Shown here in pieces: positions 33,426-38,743 of a DNA stretch of 38,743 nt. The notes beneath the pieces are model-generated. The model ran no database searches. It saw nothing but the letters and a program-made list of their open reading frames with translations, and was not told where the DNA came from. The DNA comes from an uncultured bacterium (lineage in GTDB: Bacteria > Cyanobacteriota > Vampirovibrionia > LMEP-6097). The stretch is taken from the NCBI GenBank assembly GCA_903930015.1, contig CAIYXB010000193.1, positions 1 through 38,743 on the forward strand, written 5' to 3'. A program made the translations under genes and the position numbers. Each line of letters begins with the position of its first letter. The first letter of the stretch is position 1.

Positions 33426-34640
33426 TTAGACTTTAGAGACCTGACTTTCCATAAATAGCGAAAGCCTTTCCATACCACGTTTAATATCTTCAAGAGGTTG
33501 CACCATCGCAAGTCTTACATAGTCTTCACCAAAATTACCAAAAGTTTGTCCAGGCACAAGTACAACACCTGTATTTTCTAGAACATCAATTGCAAAATCA
33601 AAAGAGCTTTTGTTTGCATCGATATATCTTTGTGGAATTGGCATCCAGAAATACATTGCACCACCTGGTTTCATAACATCAAAGCCCATGTTTTTTAAAG
33701 CAGGGTAAAGGTAATCACGTCTTTCTTGATAAGTTAATCTTACTTCTTCACGATAGCTATCACCAAGTTGTAGTGCTGCGATTCCAGCTTCTTGGATTCC
33801 CATACAAACACCATAATCAATATTGGTTTTTAATTTGTATAGTGTTTCAATAATATTAGCGTTACCAACGGCAAAGCCCAAGCGCATTCCAGCCATGTTG
33901 TAAGTTTTTGAGAAAGTATGAAATTCGATCGCAATATCCATCGCACCGCGAACTTCAAAAATAGAGCATGGTTTATGATTATCAAACCAAATCTCCGAGT
34001 ATGCTAAATCACTTATAAGAAGAATATTGTATTCTTTACAAATCTTAACTACTTTTTCTAGGTAATCCTTACCAACAACAGCTCCTGTCGGATTGTTTGG
34101 ATAAGAGATAAACATTATTTTTGCGCGTAGTAAAGTGTCTTCTGAAAGTTCATCTAAATCACCAACAAAATTATTTTCTGGTTTTAATTTAAGTTCAAAA
34201 ACCTGTCCGCCTGCAAGCACTGTACCGCGCATGTGCACTGGATAGTAAGGCGATGGAATAATACTCATAAAACCTTCTTGCATATAAGCAAAAGCAATAT
34301 GTGCTATTCCTTCTTTTGATCCAAGTAAAGGTAAAATTTGATTGTCAGGATTTAGCTCAACGCCAAATCTTTCTGAAAACCACTCAGCAATTTCTTTTTT
34401 GAAAGATGGCAGTCCGCGAAAAATAGGATATTTTTGATTGCGAGGTTTTTTCATTCCTTCGTAAAGTGCTTTCAGTACGCTATCTTCAGTTTGACGATCT
34501 GGTGAACCTAAAGAAAGATCACAAAGATCTCTACCTTGCTCAACAAGCCTATTTTTCATCTCATCAAGTTGACCAAAGGCGTAGTCAGGCATCTCAACGA
34601 GTCTTAGTGAAGGAAGGATTTTGTGAAATGGTGACTTCAT
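33426..34640 (-). CDS. PLP-dependent class I/II aminotransferase (LL-diaminopimelate aminotransferase-like)
   Basis: GSKEGIAH, YPNNPTGA, DLAYSEI, EFHTFSKTYNMAGMRLG (PLP Lys), PGQTFG..GEDYVR. Confidence 0.88.
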   Translation of the reverse strand: MKSPFHKILPSLRLVEMPDYAFGQLDEMKNRLVEQGRDLCDLSLGSPDRQTEDSVLKALYEGMKKPRNQKYPIFRGLPSFKKEIAEWFSERFGVELNPDNQILPLLGSKEGIAHIAFAYMQEGFMSIIPSPYYPVHMRGTVLAGGQVFELKLKPENNFVGDLDELSEDTLLRAKIMFISYPNNPTGAVVGKDYLEKVVKICKEYNILLISDLAYSEIWFDNHKPCSIFEVRGAMDIAIEFHTFSKTYNMAGMRLGFAVGNANIIETLYKLKTNIDYGVCMGIQEAGIAALQLGDSYREEVRLTYQERRDYLYPALKNMGFDVMKPGGAMYFWMPIPQRYIDANKSSFDFAIDVLENTGVVLVPGQTFGNFGEDYVRLAMVQPLEDIKRGMERLSLFMESQVSKV

Positions 34641-34830
34641 AAATTTTTCTTTTAATAGCTCAAAATTGTATCACTATATAAAGAAGTCTTTTTAAATGGA
34701 AAGTCAAAACATCACCAAGATTAATAATATTATCTAAACTTTAGTTAACAAAGCCTATTATATTGAATTTAAATTAATTCAAAAACAATAGAGTTTTAGT
34801 CTACTAATACCTCAGTTTTTTAAAGTGTTC

Positions 34831-36783
34831 TTAGTTATAAATAAACCAAGCAACCATAAGCATTGCAGCGCTTATCATTACAAGTACATAGTTTTGCAGC
34901 TTGCCTGATTGCTGTACTTTAAGTACTTCACCAACAAACTCAGTACCGCGCCAGCAAATACCATTGATGATAAAGCCTTCAATAATAATGACTTCAAAAG
35001 CTTTCCAGGTAAATCTAAACAAGAACATAAAGCCAGCTACAATCACATCATAAATTTCATCGATCCACCATTTATTAGATGAACCAGAATAAACAATCGC
35101 AAAACTAGATTTAAACCATTCATTGACAGTCTTATCACCGATTTTGATTTGCTGGATATAAATTAAATAAGCAGCAATAGTACCCACTAAAAACATAGTG
35201 AAAGGTATATAACCAAAAGGTAGACTCATTTCATGCATCACAAACTCCATTGCCGATTGTCCTTGCTCCATGTGTGAGTGGAAATGATGATCCAAGTAGT
35301 GTTGAAGTTTGTAATTTGTAAATGGTGAACCCCAGAAGCCAAGAATGATTGAAGGGATAGCAAGTATCATAAGTGGTCCTGTTACACAAAGTGGCTGCTC
35401 GTGCGGGTGAGCATGACCTCTATACTTACCTTCAAAAGTCATAAAATAAATTCTAAACATATAAAAAGCTGTCATTCCAGCTGTGATTGCAGCGATCCAA
35501 AACAAAGGCATGTTTACTTCCCATGCTTTTGCAATGATCATATCTTTTGACCAAAACCCGCTCATGAAAGGGAATCCAGAGATTGATAAAGTTCCAATTA
35601 AAAATGTTATAGCAGTGATAGGCATGTGCTTTCTAAGCCCGCCCATCTCACGCATATCTTGCTCGTGGTGACAGCCCATGATAACAGAACCTGAACCTAA
35701 GAAAAGCATTGCTTTAAACATCGCGTGTGTTACTAAGTGAAACATCGCGATCTGTGGAGCACCAAGACCAGCTGCCATCACCATGTAACCTAGTTGTGAA
35801 CAGGTAGAGTAAGCAAGTCCTTTTTTAATATCGTTTTGCGAAAATGCAATAGTTGCAGCAAAAATCGCTGTAATACCACCAACCCAAGCAACGACTTGTA
35901 GAGCTTGAGATCCATCAATACTGAGTATTGGAAAAATACGAGCAATAAGATAAACGCCAGCAGCAACCATTGTTGCAGCGTGGATTAAAGCTGAGATAGG
36001 AGTAGGACCTTCCATTGCATCTGGAAGCCATATGTGCAGCGGGAATTGAGCTGATTTTGCAGCTGCACCCATGAAAATTAAAATCCCAATTGTTGTAATT
36101 GAGATGAGTCCAGTTACTGCAAGTTCATTTGTAGCAATAGCTTGCATTGTGATTTCTTTAAGTTGAGTAAAGCCAAGTGCAACAGCGCCAGTGTTTTCGT
36201 AAATCCCTTTTGTAAAATAGTAAAGTAAAATCAGACCTAAAAGAAAGCCAGCATCACCAACTCTGTTTACAACAAAAGCTTTTTTGCAAGCGTGCGCAGC
36301 AGAAGGTTTGTACCACCAAAAACCAATAAGTAAGAACGAACAAACACCAACAAGCTCCCAGAAAAAGTACATCTGGAACAAGTTTGTAGAGATTACAAGT
36401 CCAAGCATGGAAAAAGTAAAAAGTGAAAGGTAAGAATAGAATCTAGTATATCCAGAGTCTTCATCCATATAACCGTGAGTATAAATTTGTACAAGCAAGC
36501 TGACTAAATTCACTGTAAGCAGCATGATGATTGCAAGTGGATCTATGAGCGAGCCCATTTCTAGATGGAAACTGCCAGCTTTAATCCAAGTATAGTTTTG
36601 TTCGATAGCCTCATGACCGTGAAAACTAAAAAAGACTGATAGAGAGTGTGCAAGTCCAAGTGCAACAGCTGCTATTGAAAGCCCTGAAGAAATCACTCTA
36701 CTTTTGTGAGTAAAGAGCATAATTAGCACCGCAGAAATAAGCGGGTAAATTGCAATTAGGTAAGCGTTTTCAATACTAAACAT
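34831..36783 (-). CDS. nuoL: NADH-quinone oxidoreductase subunit L / NdhF
   Basis: FWELVGVCSFLLIGFW, KAFVVNRVGD, KSAQFPLHIWLPDAMEGPTPISALIHAATMVAAGVY, LAYSTCSQLGYM, FHLVTHAMFKAMLFL, GFWSKD. Confidence 0.96.
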   Translation of the reverse strand: MFSIENAYLIAIYPLISAVLIMLFTHKSRVISSGLSIAAVALGLAHSLSVFFSFHGHEAIEQNYTWIKAGSFHLEMGSLIDPLAIIMLLTVNLVSLLVQIYTHGYMDEDSGYTRFYSYLSLFTFSMLGLVISTNLFQMYFFWELVGVCSFLLIGFWWYKPSAAHACKKAFVVNRVGDAGFLLGLILLYYFTKGIYENTGAVALGFTQLKEITMQAIATNELAVTGLISITTIGILIFMGAAAKSAQFPLHIWLPDAMEGPTPISALIHAATMVAAGVYLIARIFPILSIDGSQALQVVAWVGGITAIFAATIAFSQNDIKKGLAYSTCSQLGYMVMAAGLGAPQIAMFHLVTHAMFKAMLFLGSGSVIMGCHHEQDMREMGGLRKHMPITAITFLIGTLSISGFPFMSGFWSKDMIIAKAWEVNMPLFWIAAITAGMTAFYMFRIYFMTFEGKYRGHAHPHEQPLCVTGPLMILAIPSIILGFWGSPFTNYKLQHYLDHHFHSHMEQGQSAMEFVMHEMSLPFGYIPFTMFLVGTIAAYLIYIQQIKIGDKTVNEWFKSSFAIVYSGSSNKWWIDEIYDVIVAGFMFLFRFTWKAFEVIIIEGFIINGICWRGTEFVGEVLKVQQSGKLQNYVLVMISAAMLMVAWFIYN

Positions 36784-36832
36784 AGGACAAGATACATCTT
36801 ATATCAGTTTTTCTTTGGTGTCTTGTAGGCTA

Positions 36833-36841
36833 TGCTATAAT
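36833..36841 (+). promoter_or_regulatory. Extended -10 promoter (TGcTATAAT) for the 36858 gene
   Basis: Perfect TGnTATAAT 16 nt upstream of the ATG. Confidence 0.55.
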
Positions 36842-36857
36842 TGTAAATACACTTATT

Positions 36858-37274
36858 ATGGTTGATCTAGCTCCCGCAAAAGCAAATCCAATAGAATTCA
36901 TTAGAGAATTTGCAAGATCAGGTAGAGAATTAAGTGAAAGTACTTTAAATAGAGCTGTTGATTTTGTGAATTCCGGAAAGCACCCGCGATTTCCTGGTGC
37001 AAAGCAAAGAGTTACTGTTGAAGATTTGAGAAAAGCATTTCAAATATTAAGTAGAGAACTTAGTGATCCAAATTCAACAGCAAGTAAGAGTATTGATATT
37101 TTTTTAAAACGCACAAATGAATTGAGTAATAAACTGCAATCTGCAAAACAAGACCTTGAAAAACCAACTTTCCTTTCTAGAATAAAAGCATTTTTTAAAA
37201 CTATTTTTGCAAAAATAGTTTTTTTTACTGGTGTAACAAGCGATATGGGATCAACTGTTAGTTCTCCAGCCTAA
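36858..37274 (+). CDS. Hypothetical protein
   Basis: 138-aa ORF with an upstream extended -10; no family recognised. Confidence 0.65.
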   Translation: MVDLAPAKANPIEFIREFARSGRELSESTLNRAVDFVNSGKHPRFPGAKQRVTVEDLRKAFQILSRELSDPNSTASKSIDIFLKRTNELSNKLQSAKQDLEKPTFLSRIKAFFKTIFAKIVFFTGVTSDMGSTVSSPA

Positions 37275-37689
37275 CTAAAATTTCATTAGCATCAAGAGCT
37301 TTAATCTCTTCGTGAATTATTTTTCTCATACCTTGATAAGAACTATTGGCTTTGATTTTTGCTTCAATTTTGTTCTTTTCGATTTTTAGTTTTTTTTGAT
37401 ATTTTTTAAGTTGAAAGTTTAGAGCAATATTTCTACTCAATTTGATGCAATTAATTGTGCAACTCTTTACAAGTGTTACAAATGAAAGGCTAATTATAAG
37501 TAGCAATAAAAATCTCTTAAAACAAATATTTTCTGATTCAAGCTCGTTTGTAATAATAGTCTGTGGCATTAGACCAGATCTTGGATCTTGGTAAGCATAA
37601 AAACTTGTCAATGCGCGTTGGTTTAAGTTTTGGTCTTGTTCACCAGTTTGCTGAGCATCGAGATTAAAAGGTATATTTACACTGGCCAT
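37258..37689 (-). CDS. Putative FtsB/FtsL/DivIC-like bitopic coiled-coil protein
   Basis: Cytoplasmic N-terminus, single TM, basic coiled coil, and C-terminal GMRKIIHEEIKALDANEILVRL resembling the septum-formation-initiator motif. Confidence 0.55.
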   Translation of the reverse strand: MASVNIPFNLDAQQTGEQDQNLNQRALTSFYAYQDPRSGLMPQTIITNELESENICFKRFLLLLIISLSFVTLVKSCTINCIKLSRNIALNFQLKKYQKKLKIEKNKIEAKIKANSSYQGMRKIIHEEIKALDANEILVRLEN

Positions 37690-37773
37690 TCAGTTCTTTT
37701 ATCTGGGTCTGATAAGTGTTCAGGTACCCTTGAGTTTAGAGAGACGAAGTCGAAAAACTAATGTTCCTGACCC

Positions 37774-38742
37774 TTATGGAGAATTTAAATAAGGAAATGA
37801 ACTTTTAAATAAACTTGCGTTTACAGAAACCCCATCAGAAAAACCAATATTTTTGCTTGGTGCATTTGCCTCATCTATAAAAAAGCCCATCAAAGTTCTA
37901 AAGAAGATATCAACAGCATCATCACCAGGTCTTCTACCATTTGGATAGCCTGCGTTGTCTAGTCCTAAAACTCCCAAGCTATTTTGGCTTGCCGCCGTAA
38001 CAGCTGTAGTTGTTGTGTTTAATCTTAAAGCATCAAATTGTCTTTGTTTTTTTGCTTTATTATTTTCAGTAATTTGGTTTAGATTTTCAATTCCGCCCAA
38101 GTAAAAATTCACCATGTCTTCTCTTGGAAAAAGATTTGGAGCAATATGGTTTGCTTTATCTTCAATTAATTCTGCTAATGCAGGATACTGGAAATATTCT
38201 AAAAATCTTTTTGAATCAGATTGAGGTGTTCTTTGAGAAAAATTTATTTTATCGTTATAACCTACCAGAAGCTCATTTACAAATGGATGACCAACTCGAT
38301 CTATTTGTACATAATCAACTGGACTTGTCGCACTTGCTTCACCATAAAGAGCACTCACTTTAGTAATAGATCTTGCTGGATAATGAATAGTGGTCCAAGC
38401 TGCGATAGTTGAATTTACTTTTGGCAATTCTAAGCATGATTTTGGTATTTCAAGTGCGATGCTAAGCACGCTGGAATCAGCGCTAGTACTTGTTTGTGGC
38501 ACTGCACCCAGAAAATCAAAATCAAGGTTGTTATATAAACCAGATAAATTACCTGTAAAAGATGCTTTCCTTTGTCCAACAAAAACCTTTGCTATTTCAG
38601 TGCATTTTTTAAAGCCTAAATCTAGATCATAGATAAAGTTGTTTGCATAACTATCGTAATTAGTAAAACTGCTTGAATCGATAAGATTTTCAGGTAAAGC
38701 AAATGTTGTTGTCTTTGTGTTTGTAAGTTCAAGTTTCTCGCC
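37774..38742 (-). CDS. DUF4331 domain-containing protein, 5' end outside the window
   Basis: Frame is open to the edge upstream of the listed ORF (…KVFVGQRK…); VQIDRVGHPFVNE, GYPNGRRPGDDAVDI, FPYL. Confidence 0.85.
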   Translation of the reverse strand, partial: GEKLELTNTKTTTFALPENLIDSSSFTNYDSYANNFIYDLDLGFKKCTEIAKVFVGQRKASFTGNLSGLYNNLDFDFLGAVPQTSTSADSSVLSIALEIPKSCLELPKVNSTIAAWTTIHYPARSITKVSALYGEASATSPVDYVQIDRVGHPFVNELLVGYNDKINFSQRTPQSDSKRFLEYFQYPALAELIEDKANHIAPNLFPREDMVNFYLGGIENLNQITENNKAKKQRQFDALRLNTTTTAVTAASQNSLGVLGLDNAGYPNGRRPGDDAVDIFFRTLMGFFIDEANAPSKNIGFSDGVSVNASLFKSSFPYLNSP

Positions 38743-38743
38743 A

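Noticed and set aside
1977-38632. Numerous 60-100 aa ORFs antisense to or overlapping recognised genes (e.g. 1977, 2627, 4244, 6580, 6984, 8097, 10041, 13291, 13515, 14712, 20423, 21775, 24607, 29428, 29745, 31443, 32419, 32742, 33221, 35483, 38124, 38221, 38390)
   Set aside because: They are shadow ORFs of well-supported genes, with no motifs or translation signals.

Overview
AT-rich bacterial chromosomal window with about 35 mostly unlinked, frequently strand-switching genes. Recognisable products: RarA, GlpK/GlpD plus a GH31 glycosidase, KdsD, RuvB, MqnE, a sulfotransferase, PdxJ, MgtE, CdsA, a class A beta-lactamase-like serine hydrolase, DoxX, NrdB, MerC-like, a CNNM/CorC protein, an FKBP lipoprotein, a lytic transglycosylase, TatA, a PLP aminotransferase, a stand-alone NuoL/NdhF, an FtsB/FtsL-like protein and a truncated DUF4331 gene. 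Several orphan ORFs lie between them. The cyanobacterial-style TatA, serine hydrolase and isolated NdhF, together with KdsD, MqnE and the lack of photosynthesis genes, suggest a non-photosynthetic Cyanobacteriota (Melainabacteria/Vampirovibrionia) genome; this is inference only. I saw no tRNA, rRNA, CRISPR array, transposase or prophage, and no complete multi-gene novel system is demonstrable. The most notable unexplained signals are: (1) several families of miniature palindromic elements (REP/RPE/ERIC-like, many with cGNAg triloops), one nested and two supplying gene stop codons, with possible in-frame remnants inside RarA and GlpK; (2) about ten genes with a -10 box 6-9 nt from the start codon and no SD, suggesting widespread leaderless mRNAs; (3) a protein built from four tandem HTH domains; (4) a CHASE2-like sensor with a catalytically degenerate kinase module; (5) a GH31-glpD-glpK unit that may scavenge glycosyl-glycerols; (6) an orphan gene pair with shared repeats and -QAA C-termini; (7) a start-codon-sequestering hairpin at the left edge.
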